Assembly (NCBI GenBank): GCA_037138215.1
Contig: JBAXIU010000001.1
Location: 1 to 57,148, forward strand
Source: Candidatus Peregrinibacteria bacterium
Lineage (GTDB): Bacteria > Patescibacteriota > Gracilibacteria > CAIRYL01
Length of the DNA: 57,148 nt
Direction: 5' to 3'
Positions within the stretch are counted from its first letter, which is position 1. The number at the start of each line of letters is the position of its first letter. The position numbers and the translations under genes were made by a program. The notes below the pieces were generated by a model. The model ran no database searches, was not told the DNA's origin, and saw only the letters and a program-made list of their open reading frames with translations. Positions 48,221 to 57,148 of this stretch are shown here, piece by piece.

Positions 48221-48556
48221 AAAAAATGAAAAAAATAAAAGTGTAAAATCTCCAATGCTGATAATGCTCAAAATGCAAGAGAGAGGGGATATTGCAAAGG
48301 TGCAATATCGAAAAAAATCTGTGGGGTGGAAAAAAGGGGGGAAACAAACGGACAAGTGTCCATTTGGGAAAAGCCAAGTTTTTTGGTGAATCAGGAGTAT
48401 ATTTTCTGAGAGACTCATATTTTGCTTTGTGGAGCCCATAATATTGGTGCTCATTTTTTTCTTATGTCCATTGAACCATATAAATCATTTTGTTGCTAAT
48501 CTTTTCAAAAATCCGTCTTCCTGCTTAAAATTTTTTGATTTTTTATTCTCCATTTC

Positions 48557-49156
48557 TCAATGGGATTCCTTTTTAAAAACCTTCCACCAAACAAAAAAGA
48601 GAACGAGAGGAATTGCCAAAAGACCTATCTCATGCGTATATGATGTCATAAGGGCTATTCCTGTTTCTCCAAAAGCGTAGCCAAACCAGAGAAGAAAGGC
48701 ACACCAAATTGTAGATCCTATAAAAGTGAGAGAGAGAAAAGGCAACATCCTCATTTTAAAAATTCCTGCGGGAATAGAAATGAGATGTCGAATAACGGGT
48801 AAAAACCGTCCTATAAAAGTGTAGAGGCGGTCATTTTTGAGAAAGAGATTTTCTGCTCGTTGGTATTTTTCCGCTGTAATGAGGAAGTATTTTCCGTATT
48901 TTTCTAAAAACGACTTTCCTAGTAGTCGTCCCAAAATCCAGTAATTCAACAGGGCCCCTACTACCGATCCTATTCCTCCTGCCAATACGGCAAAAATAGG
49001 GTCCAGTGTCCCTCGTGCCACCAGGACTCCTGCCGGAATCATCACCAGTTCAGAAGGAACGGGAATAATGGACGATTCCATCGCCATGAGCACAAAAATA
49101 GCCGTGTAGTTAAGAGCGGGGAAAAGAGTAAAAAGAGATTCTATAAATGCTTCCAT
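48557..49156 (-). CDS. DedA/SNARE-associated family membrane protein
   Basis: AMESSIIPVPSELVMIPAG... and RFLPVIRHLISIPAG, both typical DedA blocks. Confidence 0.75.
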   Translation of the reverse strand: MEAFIESLFTLFPALNYTAIFVLMAMESSIIPVPSELVMIPAGVLVARGTLDPIFAVLAGGIGSVVGALLNYWILGRLLGKSFLEKYGKYFLITAEKYQRAENLFLKNDRLYTFIGRFLPVIRHLISIPAGIFKMRMLPFLSLTFIGSTIWCAFLLWFGYAFGETGIALMTSYTHEIGLLAIPLVLFFVWWKVFKKESH

Positions 49157-49166
49157 AAAAAGAAAA

Positions 49167-49565
49167 CTACTGAAATACCACTGTAATTCCCAGTGATTCA
49201 AAAACATCCTTTGCTCCATTCATATCTTTATCGGAAATCAGAAAATGGTCTCGAGAATACGCAGCAATAGGCATAATACTGATGTTTTTATGAGCAAGTG
49301 CCGTGGCAATAGTCGCAGTTACACCAAAACAATCAGGAGGGAAAAATATATGGAGTGTAAAAAGTCTCCATCCTCCTGAAATTTTTTTTGCATTACACTT
49401 CTCAACATCTCGTTCCGGGAGAATAACGGTACATTCATAATCATCCATAATATTTACAAATGCTCCGCTAACAGGAGCACTTGTCTGTACCATAGCAAAA
49501 ATATCGGGAGAAATTCGAACTTCTCCCGTTTCAAAATACTTTCGAAGGTGTTCAGAAAAATCCAT
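49167..49565 (-). CDS. Small ACT-domain-like protein
   Basis: 132 aa. The C-terminal GVTATIATALAHKNISIMPIAAYSRDHFLI resembles ACT_7-type regulatory domains. Assignment is weak. Confidence 0.35.
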   Translation of the reverse strand: MDFSEHLRKYFETGEVRISPDIFAMVQTSAPVSGAFVNIMDDYECTVILPERDVEKCNAKKISGGWRLFTLHIFFPPDCFGVTATIATALAHKNISIMPIAAYSRDHFLISDKDMNGAKDVFESLGITVVFQ

Positions 49566-49568
49566 TTT

Positions 49569-49877
49569 CTACATCAAAATCTGTAACTCAATAATTTTTT
49601 CATCAGGAGCATTAATAGCCTCTTCCGTAGGTCCAGAAATACAGGTTAAGCACACATCTTCATCGGTCTCAATGTATTTATCTCCGTCTTTTTCTTGGTC
49701 TATGTACTCAAATCCGGAAAGAACCTTAGCGCTGCAACTCATACACGCTCCGGCATGGCAAGAAAACGGAAGGTCAATTCCGGCATCCGCACATTCGTCT
49801 AAAATATTGGTTTCTCCCGTAAGAGGAATTTTTCCCAATTCTATCCCTGCGTCATCTTTTACAACGAGTGTTACCAT
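49569..49877 (-). CDS. Plant-type [2Fe-2S] ferredoxin
   Basis: FSCHAGACMSCSAKVLSG...CLTC matches the CxxxxCxxC...C cluster-ligand spacing. Start at MVTLVV. Confidence 0.8.
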   Translation of the reverse strand: MVTLVVKDDAGIELGKIPLTGETNILDECADAGIDLPFSCHAGACMSCSAKVLSGFEYIDQEKDGDKYIETDEDVCLTCISGPTEEAINAPDEKIIELQILM

Positions 49878-49941
49878 AGTGAAAAATAAAATATCTACCA
49901 GTAGCGTATTAAAAAAAAACACAAAAGGCAATGCTGGATTT

Positions 49942-51144
49942 TTAAAAATATCCCATGGGGTCTTTTTTTGCTCCGTTTATTCGCACTTCAAAGTGCAAAT
50001 GAATTCCGGTAGCTCCATGCACATTTCCACTATTTCCCATTCTTCCAATGGCTTGTCCTGCTTTTACATGGTCTCCCTCTTGAACATAGAGTTTTTCATG
50101 GTGTCCGTATAGGGTTTGCATTCCTCCACCATGATCGATAATAATTACATTCCCATATCCACTATTCCATCCATACGCAGCCTTTACAACTACTCCATCT
50201 GCAGCCGCAACAGTACTGGGCTGAGAACGATTCCCAATATCGATGGCATAATGTCCATAGTGATAATACTGCGTAACATTTCCGTTGGTGGGGAAAAGCA
50301 GTTTTTTGGAGGAAGAAAAGGGGCGAGAAGCCGTAGCTGGAGGAATATCCAGATGATTTCTTTTTTTGGCAATCATTCTTTCTTCGGGTCTCGGTAAATC
50401 TTGGATAATAACGGGAATGGGGTCTGGGCGAAGGCTTCTGGCTCCGGGAAGGAGCAGAAAAGATCCAACGGCAATTTCGTTGCCTTTGATTTGATTTTGT
50501 CGTCGTACTGCATTGGCGTCTATTTTATACCTTTTTGCAATGTCTTCCACGGTATCTCCATCTGAAACCTGGTATCGAAAACCATCTACCGGCAAAATGG
50601 TGAGAACGGTTCCGGTTTTGAGACGATTGGGATTATCAATTTCATTGTTATCGAGGAGGGTGCGAACGCGAAGATCAAATTTATATGCGATACTGGAAAG
50701 CGTATCCCCACTTTTGACGGTATATTGAAAAATTTCGTTTACATCGCTTCTATCTCCCTTTTGTGTGGGAATGCTGGATTTGGCAAAAAACCCATCGTCT
50801 GCAATAGAAAAATCTTCAGAGAACGCAGGGGTAACATCAGTAGGAAAAAGTGGCCAAAAATTTTCATCAATGCGTTGGAGGTAGGGGACGGCGGTAAAGA
50901 GCAAAAAGAAGAGGATACTCGGAAATCCGACTCTCCGAAAAAAGCCCCTCTCCAGTGCTTTTTCTTCTGGAGAAAGACTCCGTTCCATAGATTCCCAGTT
51001 TTTAAGAAGGGGGCGAATTTTTTTGAGTCGAGAATGCCGTGCGTTTCGTTCAAAGGTATTGACGAGAGATTTTCCCCAGGTGAATAAGGTCACATACAAA
51101 AGTAAAATGCCCCCGCTCATTGCAAAACGATCATCAAAGATCAT
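49942..51144 (-). CDS. LysM-domain M23 metallopeptidase
   Basis: Two LysM repeats (YTVKSGDTLSSIAYKF, YQVSDGDTVEDIAKRY) and the M23 motifs HYAIDI and GIHLHFEV. N-terminal TM helix. Confidence 0.9.
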   Translation of the reverse strand: MIFDDRFAMSGGILLLYVTLFTWGKSLVNTFERNARHSRLKKIRPLLKNWESMERSLSPEEKALERGFFRRVGFPSILFFLLFTAVPYLQRIDENFWPLFPTDVTPAFSEDFSIADDGFFAKSSIPTQKGDRSDVNEIFQYTVKSGDTLSSIAYKFDLRVRTLLDNNEIDNPNRLKTGTVLTILPVDGFRYQVSDGDTVEDIAKRYKIDANAVRRQNQIKGNEIAVGSFLLLPGARSLRPDPIPVIIQDLPRPEERMIAKKRNHLDIPPATASRPFSSSKKLLFPTNGNVTQYYHYGHYAIDIGNRSQPSTVAAADGVVVKAAYGWNSGYGNVIIIDHGGGMQTLYGHHEKLYVQEGDHVKAGQAIGRMGNSGNVHGATGIHLHFEVRINGAKKDPMGYF

Positions 51145-51222
51145 TTCTCAATTGCTTTACTCCTCTGAGAGAAGAAAAGCCCTCTAAAAATGCAAACCGG
51201 TTTTTCTCTTTCTTTTTTGAAA

Positions 51223-51298
51223 TGGTGCCCGAGGAGGGGATCGAACCCCCAACCTACTGGTTCGAAGCCAGGTACTCTATCCATTGAGCTACTCGGGC
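51223..51298 (-). tRNA. tRNA-Arg (anticodon TCG)
   Basis: Reverse complement GCCCGAGTAGCTCAATGGATAGAGTACCTGGCTTCGAACCAGT...GGGGGTTCGATCCCCTCCTCGGGCACCA. Anticodon loop CTTCGAA. Confidence 0.9.
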
Positions 51299-51394
51299 GG
51301 GCAATTATCAGTAACGGGAAAGACATTATTAATTCAAACATTGGCTTAGCAGAATGTGTTCATGTCTTTTTGAGCTACTCTTACAAAAAAGATA

Positions 51395-51483
<89 letters not shown>

Positions 51484-51616
51484 ATTTTTTTATAAAGAGA
51501 GAAAACCGGTGGTGTAAAAGAGACCCTTTTTTTACCAGAGAAATTTAAAAAATCCCTCGGACAAAAATGTTGCCGAGGGATTTTCCCTCATTTTTTCCTG
51601 TGGGTCAAGAGAAAGA

Positions 51617-52762
51617 CTACGCCTCTCCTTCTTCTTCCTTGGCTTTTTCCTTTTTAGAAGCCGCTTTTTTCCCTGCCTTCTCTTCTGCTGTTTTAAAAGA
51701 CAGTTTGAGAGAATGGTCGGATTCGTTAATTTCTAAAACTGTTACATCTACACTGTCTCCTTCTTGATATTGTGACCGGTCTCCATCTTCGGATGAAGAA
51801 AATTCAGAGTTGTGCACCAGTCCGGTAACATCATCTCCAAGGGTGACAAAAATTCCATATTCAGAAACCTTATTTACGGTTCCCTTTACTCGAGATCCAA
51901 TTTCAAATGCTTTTACGCGTCCAATCCATGGATCTGGCATGAGTCTCTTGGTAGAAAGAGAAACTTTTTCTCCGTCGATTCCAATAATCATACATTCCAT
52001 TTCTTGTCCAATTTTTAGCGCTTCTCCTGGAGTTTTAATATGCCCCCAAGTAATTTCGGAAATGTGAATGAGTCCTTCCAGTGTTCCAAAGGTGACAAAC
52101 GCTCCAAATTTTACGAGTCCGTTTACGGTTCCCTTTACAATATCTCCTACATGAACATTTGCAAGTTCTTTATCTCGAATATCCGACATGGCTTCTCTTT
52201 CGGATACCACCACTTTTCGAACTTCCATGTCGATAGTAATCACTCGAACGGTAAACTTTTGATTTAAATATCCTTCCAAATGAGAAAGAATTGCTTGTGC
52301 ATTTGCTCCATCTACACGAGGGTAGTGTACGGGGGCCAGCTGTGAAACGGGGAGGAATGCTTTTACTCCCATGGCATCTACCATAAGACCTCCTTTGTTT
52401 GCTTCTTTTGCCACCACTTCCATGGTTTCTCCAGATTCTTTCATTTCTAAAAATTTATCCCATGCTCGCATTTGTGATGCCTTTCGAAAAGAAAGAACAA
52501 CCATTCCTTCTTCGTTTTCATCTTCTAGTACAAATACCAGAACCTCATCTCCAATTTGGCATTTTTTTGCCGTTCCAAATGGATCAATAAGCTCTCTTCC
52601 AGAAATAACTCCGGTAGAAACTCCTCCGAGATCCACGAGGATTTTTCCTTTTTCTTTTGCAATAACACGACCAGTAATCACTTCTCCGGGCTCAATTTTT
52701 ACGCCAATAGGAGAACTTTGGAGCGCCGACAGAAGGTCTTTATCTTCAGGAAGAATAGACAT
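51617..52762 (-). CDS. rpsA: 30S ribosomal protein S1 (four S1 domains)
   Basis: Repeated S1 OB-fold modules (G.V..G.V....KFGAFV.., GLIHISE...) and an acidic/Lys-rich tail. ATG at 52762. Confidence 0.8.
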   Translation of the reverse strand: MSILPEDKDLLSALQSSPIGVKIEPGEVITGRVIAKEKGKILVDLGGVSTGVISGRELIDPFGTAKKCQIGDEVLVFVLEDENEEGMVVLSFRKASQMRAWDKFLEMKESGETMEVVAKEANKGGLMVDAMGVKAFLPVSQLAPVHYPRVDGANAQAILSHLEGYLNQKFTVRVITIDMEVRKVVVSEREAMSDIRDKELANVHVGDIVKGTVNGLVKFGAFVTFGTLEGLIHISEITWGHIKTPGEALKIGQEMECMIIGIDGEKVSLSTKRLMPDPWIGRVKAFEIGSRVKGTVNKVSEYGIFVTLGDDVTGLVHNSEFSSSEDGDRSQYQEGDSVDVTVLEINESDHSLKLSFKTAEEKAGKKAASKKEKAKEEEGEA

Positions 52763-52972
52763 AAACAAAGGGGGTGTGGCTCAAAAAATAAGAAAAAATG
52801 GATTTTTAAAATAGGGGCGCTTTCCGGGCCACACGGAAAATTTTGCCACTTTTAAAAAAGCCAATGGATTTTGGCGTATGGAAAAGAAAAATGCAAATGT
52901 TTCTTGCCCGTTCGCACTTTCGCGTATGCTAAAAATTCGGTATCGTATTTTTCGTATTTTGGATTTTTTCCT

Positions 52973-53548
52973 ATGGCTCCTCTAAAAATTGGTATTCTTG
53001 GCTTTCACGGATCCCGTGAAGAACACGCGAACTCCATGCAAAAACTGGGGTTTCAAACGGTTTTTCTCAGGACTCCAGAAGATTTTCACGATATTGCGGG
53101 AATTATTCTTCCGGGAGGAGAAAGTGGGTCATTTGGACGCTCTTTATTGTGGAGTGGTGTTCGGGAAATGTTGGCACAAAAAATTCTGCAGGAAAAAATT
53201 CCTGTTTTTGGTACTTGTGCCGGCTCCATTCTTCTCGCCAAAAATGGAAGTGAGTATTCTTTGGGGGCAATAGATATGGATGTAGACCGAAACGCGTATG
53301 GACGACAGGTGGATTCCTTTTCTACGGAGATTGTTTTGCCGGGTGAGGAACTTCCATTCCATGCAATTTTTATCCGTGCTCCAAAAATTATACGCGTGGG
53401 ACAAGGATGTAAAATTCTTGCCGAACACGCTGGGAACCCTATTCTGGTTCACAATTCATCACAAAAAATACTGGTGAGCTCGTTTCATCCAGAACTCACC
53501 CCAGACACTCGAATTCATAAAATTTTTGCAGAAATGGTTTCCGCCTGA
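52973..53548 (+). CDS. pdxT: Pyridoxal 5'-phosphate synthase glutaminase subunit
   Basis: KIGILGFHGSREEH, LPGGES, VFGTCAGSILLA (Cys nucleophile), RNAYGRQVDSF, and SSFHPELT. Confidence 0.9.
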   Translation: MAPLKIGILGFHGSREEHANSMQKLGFQTVFLRTPEDFHDIAGIILPGGESGSFGRSLLWSGVREMLAQKILQEKIPVFGTCAGSILLAKNGSEYSLGAIDMDVDRNAYGRQVDSFSTEIVLPGEELPFHAIFIRAPKIIRVGQGCKILAEHAGNPILVHNSSQKILVSSFHPELTPDTRIHKIFAEMVSA

Positions 53549-53565
53549 TATTCTGTTTTTTGTAT

Positions 53566-53641
53566 GCCCGCGTAGCTCAGTGGATAGAGCAGCACCCTTC
53601 TAAGGTGACGGTCGGGGGTTCAATTCCCTCCGCGGGCACCA
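53566..53641 (+). tRNA. tRNA-Arg (anticodon TCT)
   Basis: GCCCGCGTAGCTCAGTGGATAGAGCAGCACCCTTCTAAGGTGACGGTCGGGGGTTCAATTCCCTCCGCGGGCACCA. Anticodon loop CTTCTAA. Confidence 0.9.
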
Positions 53642-53682
53642 CCGTTTTTAAGTCCTTTTCCAGCAAAGAAAAATAAATATTT

Positions 53683-56600
53683 TTACGCATATTCCAAACT
53701 TCTCGCGTCTTTATAGTGTTCATAAACGAAATTATAGATTTCCATGCCTCTCAATTCACATTCCGTAGAGGTATATTGGGGCTCTGGAAGTTTTTGAAAT
53801 ACGAGTTGCGATATAAACTGTTTCACTCCTGATCGATTGCTATCAAAATCTCTCCAGTGGGGTACCAAAAGCGGTTTAAGATGGGTGAGGAGTTCATGGG
53901 AAGCCGATTTAATAGCACTCACTTCGTCGGGATTGAGATTTTCCTTTATCAAGAGGTCAAAAATGGCGAGTTCATACTCACTGAGTTTTTCTTTTACTGA
54001 TCGTTGTTGCTCGGTATTGAGATCTTTTGCGAGGAGCATGAGATCGTCAAAAAGCTTCTCCGTGTCATGTGCGCCGCTGTTATATTCTGCCAAGAGAGAC
54101 ATGAGCCGTTCCATAAATCGAGCGCGTTTTTTATTTTTGCGCACCATTTCCTCAATTTTTTTCTGGAGCTCTTCAGAGAGGGCTTCTACTTGTATATTTT
54201 TGTTTTCCAAATTTGCAAAAAAATCATGAAGGGCATCGGCATCAAGGCTACTGAGGTCTTTTACTTTTTTGTGCGGAGAAATAATATATTCTCCCGTTTG
54301 TATCGATCTATTGAGCAAATCTTCGAGATCTTTTTTTACCGGATCAATATCAACGCTTTCTAAACCAATAGTCCGAATACGAGTAGCAAGCACGCGTACC
54401 GCAAGTACTTCTTTGTAAAAATCTTCGGCGACAGGGTTGGGCAAAACGGATTGATAAGCACTTTGTACTGCACTGGCAAGGGTGAGAAACTGCTTTTTTT
54501 GAGATTGATTCCCAAGAATATTGTTGGCGTATTGCTCCAAAAGCAAAAGCACTTGCTCTTTGGGGCTGGTATACAGTGGCTCAATGGAAATATTTTCTGC
54601 TGTTAAAAAATCTTTTATCGTGGAAAGGCTTTTGCGAAGCTCGCTCACGAGTTCTTCTTTTTCTTGAATAATAGCATTCCCATTTTCTCCGGTGGAAGCG
54701 TACAGCGATAATGCGCGTTCGATATTCTTAAAAACGCCAATATAATCTACAATAAGCCCGTTCTTTTTCCCCTCATCTGCCACGCGGTTGGCGCGGGCAA
54801 TAGTTTGCATGAGAGTATGATTTTTGAGGGGTTTATCGAGGTACAGGGTAGAAAGGTTGGGAACATCAAAACCTGTAAGCCACATGGCACAAACAAACAC
54901 AATGCGAAGAGTAGTTTCGGGATCTTTAAATTCATCTTCGAGGGAAATGATTTTTCCATCTTTTGAAGTTTTTTTAAGAATTCGTTCGCGAATCGGAAGC
55001 ACATCAATTTCAAATTCTTTCATATCGGCGATTTCGTTTTGATTGTCACCCAGGCTCACCATAACTGCCATATCGACATTTTCGTGTTGTTCGAGTTTTT
55101 CCAGAATTTTTCCCTGTTCTCGCTCATCTTTGGTGCGTGACAAGTCCATGCGGAGTTTTGCCAAATAGCGATTCCATTCTTTTTGCACTTTGTCGTACAT
55201 GCGAAAAGTCGTTTTTTTGTCGATTGAAACCACCATGGCTTTTCCGTTGTATCCTCTTCCTACAAAATGCGTGACAATATCGCGCGCAATGGTGTTAAGA
55301 CGGTCTTCCCTCGTAATAATTTCATAAAAGGTCGAGAACTCTTGTTCGATCTTTTCTTCTTGTTCTTCGTTCATTTCGTAATGGTCCATAATTTGTCCCA
55401 TTTGCTCTTCTAAATTTTCGTTTACATTTTTAAGGCGGGGAACGCGATTTTCATAATACAGTGGCACCGTTGCTCCATCTTGTACCGAATCGCTAAAATT
55501 ATAAACAGAGACATATTTCCCGAAGGTTTTTTCTGTTTCTGGTTCTCCGTTTGCTAAAAGGGGAGTGCCCGTAAACCCGATAAACGACGCATTGGGTAAC
55601 GCTTTTCGCATATTAAGTGCCATGCGGTCGTATTGGGTTCGGTGGGCTTCGTCGGTCATAACGATGATATCTTCTCTTTCGGAAAGTGCGCCTGAAATAT
55701 CTTGAAATTTTTGGATGGTCGTAAAAATTTGGCGGTGGTCTTGGGAAAGGAGTTGTTTGAGATGATCAATACTATCCGCGTGTACTTCCGATTCTAAAAT
55801 GGCGCCCACTTGAACGAAATTTTTATAGGCTTGTTTATCGAGGTCTTTTCTATCGGTAACAATGACAAAGGTAAAGTTTCCCGGAAGTTTGCGGAGCACT
55901 TTTTGAGAAAGCCATACCATAGAATATGATTTTCCAGAGCCTTGCGTATGCCAAAAAACTCCTAATTTCCCTTCCAAAGTTTTTCGGTTTTTTACATTTT
56001 CAAAGGCACGGTTGACGCCCAAAAACTGAAAATACCGAGGCACGATTTTTTTGGGTTCGCTTCTCGATTCGTCAAACAAAATATAGTTCTCAAAAATATC
56101 CAAAAATCGGGTTTTATGGCATATTCCGTGCAGAATGGTAGAAAGGTCGGTTTTGGGTTCTTCGTCTTCGGTTGCAGATTTTTTCCACTCGTTAAAAAAC
56201 TCAAAAGGAGCCGTGAGCGAGCCAAATTTGCTTTCTATCCCATTGCTGATAATAATGCCCGCATTGTACCAAAACAGCTTTGGAATGGTGTCTTTGTAGT
56301 CACGAATATTATTGCGGTGCGCATCTATAAGGCTTTTGTGCGCTGCTTTCAGTTCTAAAAGTATAAGTGGGATACCGTTTACAAACAGCACAATATCGGG
56401 TCTTCTGGTATACATTTCGCCCACAATCCACAGTTGGGAAACCGCCAAAAAGGAATTGTTTTCGGGATGCTCAAAATCAAAAAATTGTGCCCGCTCGGTT
56501 TCGCTGTCGCCATTTTCTTGTGGAACATTCACCGGTACGCCGTTTTTTAGCAACCGGTAAATTTCTTGGTTTGCTTTTACCAGGCTCAGGTTTGATCGGT

Positions 56601-56838
56601 CACGGGTAATGGCTTCTATTGCTTGTTCAATGGCTTCTGGCGGAAGAGTAGGATTTATTTTTTGAAGTGCGGGCAACAAATATTTTTTCAGCACCACTTC
56701 GCCCCGATGCTCTCGCCCCAGTTTGGCGTCTTCCGCGTCGGAATAGGCATTTATATGGCACGCGTCATCGTTCCACACTTTTTTTAAGATGGAGAGAACG
56801 GTCTGCTCGACGAGGATGTCTTCTGAAAAGGGGTTCAT
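53683..56838 (-). CDS. hsdR: Type I restriction enzyme R subunit
   Basis: 1051 aa. N-terminal nuclease-like region, SF2 helicase motifs (HTQGSGKS, MTDEAHRTQ, FTGTP, QTIARANR), and a C-terminal helical domain. Confidence 0.9.
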   Translation of the reverse strand: MNPFSEDILVEQTVLSILKKVWNDDACHINAYSDAEDAKLGREHRGEVVLKKYLLPALQKINPTLPPEAIEQAIEAITRDRSNLSLVKANQEIYRLLKNGVPVNVPQENGDSETERAQFFDFEHPENNSFLAVSQLWIVGEMYTRRPDIVLFVNGIPLILLELKAAHKSLIDAHRNNIRDYKDTIPKLFWYNAGIIISNGIESKFGSLTAPFEFFNEWKKSATEDEEPKTDLSTILHGICHKTRFLDIFENYILFDESRSEPKKIVPRYFQFLGVNRAFENVKNRKTLEGKLGVFWHTQGSGKSYSMVWLSQKVLRKLPGNFTFVIVTDRKDLDKQAYKNFVQVGAILESEVHADSIDHLKQLLSQDHRQIFTTIQKFQDISGALSEREDIIVMTDEAHRTQYDRMALNMRKALPNASFIGFTGTPLLANGEPETEKTFGKYVSVYNFSDSVQDGATVPLYYENRVPRLKNVNENLEEQMGQIMDHYEMNEEQEEKIEQEFSTFYEIITREDRLNTIARDIVTHFVGRGYNGKAMVVSIDKKTTFRMYDKVQKEWNRYLAKLRMDLSRTKDEREQGKILEKLEQHENVDMAVMVSLGDNQNEIADMKEFEIDVLPIRERILKKTSKDGKIISLEDEFKDPETTLRIVFVCAMWLTGFDVPNLSTLYLDKPLKNHTLMQTIARANRVADEGKKNGLIVDYIGVFKNIERALSLYASTGENGNAIIQEKEELVSELRKSLSTIKDFLTAENISIEPLYTSPKEQVLLLLEQYANNILGNQSQKKQFLTLASAVQSAYQSVLPNPVAEDFYKEVLAVRVLATRIRTIGLESVDIDPVKKDLEDLLNRSIQTGEYIISPHKKVKDLSSLDADALHDFFANLENKNIQVEALSEELQKKIEEMVRKNKKRARFMERLMSLLAEYNSGAHDTEKLFDDLMLLAKDLNTEQQRSVKEKLSEYELAIFDLLIKENLNPDEVSAIKSASHELLTHLKPLLVPHWRDFDSNRSGVKQFISQLVFQKLPEPQYTSTECELRGMEIYNFVYEHYKDARSLEYA

Positions 56839-57148
56839 GAAGAAAAAGAAATTTGGCGTTTGCCGGTGACGAGCTGGGGAATAAGAAGGTCACGAGTTTT
56901 GGAGAGGTTTTGGTTTTTAAAAATCAATTTTGCAATCTCATCAAAGACGGGTCTCATTTTTGTATTAAAAGAAATGATACTTTGTTTATTTGGAATGGTT
57001 ATTTCTTTTGAATTAACATCTTCTTTATTTATATGTGGCTGTGCACTGCCGCTGGCAAGTGCAATTAAATCTTTTATAATCTCTCTGATTTTGAAATAAA
57101 TCCTAAGTTTCAATTCGAAGTGCAACAGGGGAAACAATAGAGAGCGAA
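56835..57148 (-). CDS. hsdS: Type I restriction specificity subunit, 3' portion (5' end beyond window)
   Basis: SGSAQPHINKEDVNSKEITIP... and the C-terminal conserved helix ...TRDLLIPQLVTGK. The frame is open to the window edge. Its TGA overlaps the hsdR ATG (ATGA). Confidence 0.75.
   Translation of the reverse strand, partial: RSLLFPLLHFELKLRIYFKIREIIKDLIALASGSAQPHINKEDVNSKEITIPNKQSIISFNTKMRPVFDEIAKLIFKNQNLSKTRDLLIPQLVTGKRQISFSS
57101..57148. repeat. Right copy of the 48-bp perfect inverted repeat
   Basis: Exact reverse complement of 5-52. Lies inside the hsdS target-recognition-domain coding region and is cut by the window edge. Confidence 0.95.

Noticed and set aside
48287-48308. The 9-bp-stem hairpin upstream of RNase J could be a terminator for dedA.
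   Set aside because: No U-tract follows it on either strand, so it is noted only as a possible leader structure.

Overview
Chromosomal segment of a low-GC bacterium that uses the standard genetic code (long ORFs read through with TGA as stop). I cannot assign a taxon from sequence alone. About 55 protein genes are supportable. They include the infA-rpmJ-rpsM-rpsK-rpsD-rpoA-rplQ-rplM-rpsI ribosomal block, groES-groEL behind a textbook promoter plus CIRCE operator, purA, purB, a class I fumarase, dapA, argD, ilvB, a leuD-like gene, a murE-like ligase, recF, RNase J, rpsA, pdxT, ychF, fmt, rbfA, rnc, a PBP, ppa, and L25. There are five tRNAs (Pro-GGG, Leu-CAA, Arg-TCG, Leu-GAG, Arg-TCT). Cell-surface genes (an SLH fragment and a 1005-aa Ig-like/FN3 repeat protein) sit at the left edge, and a Type I restriction system (hsdR plus the 3' end of hsdS) at the right edge. 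Five observations stand out. (1) At 20.4-23.2 kb, a near-consensus promoter is followed by a 33-codon Cys-rich micro-ORF, an intrinsic terminator with a competing upstream arm, a 36-aa ORF, a cysteine-dioxygenase-like cupin, an ATP-grasp ligase and a class I glutamine amidotransferase. This could be a Cys-sensing attenuator or a peptide-modification cassette. (2) At least five families of REP-like palindromes occur next to a RAYT-type Y1 transposase gene. Several lie in frame inside housekeeping genes: the fumarase linker and beta domain, recF, and the RAYT gene itself. (3) A (TC)16 microsatellite sits at the 5' end of a 648-aa gene, preceded by three start codons 5 nt apart, one in each frame. 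(4) A perfect 48-bp inverted repeat forms the two ends of the window. (5) Translation starts lack Shine-Dalgarno motifs and use a U/C-rich context. Product calls rest on motif recognition by eye. No database search was run.
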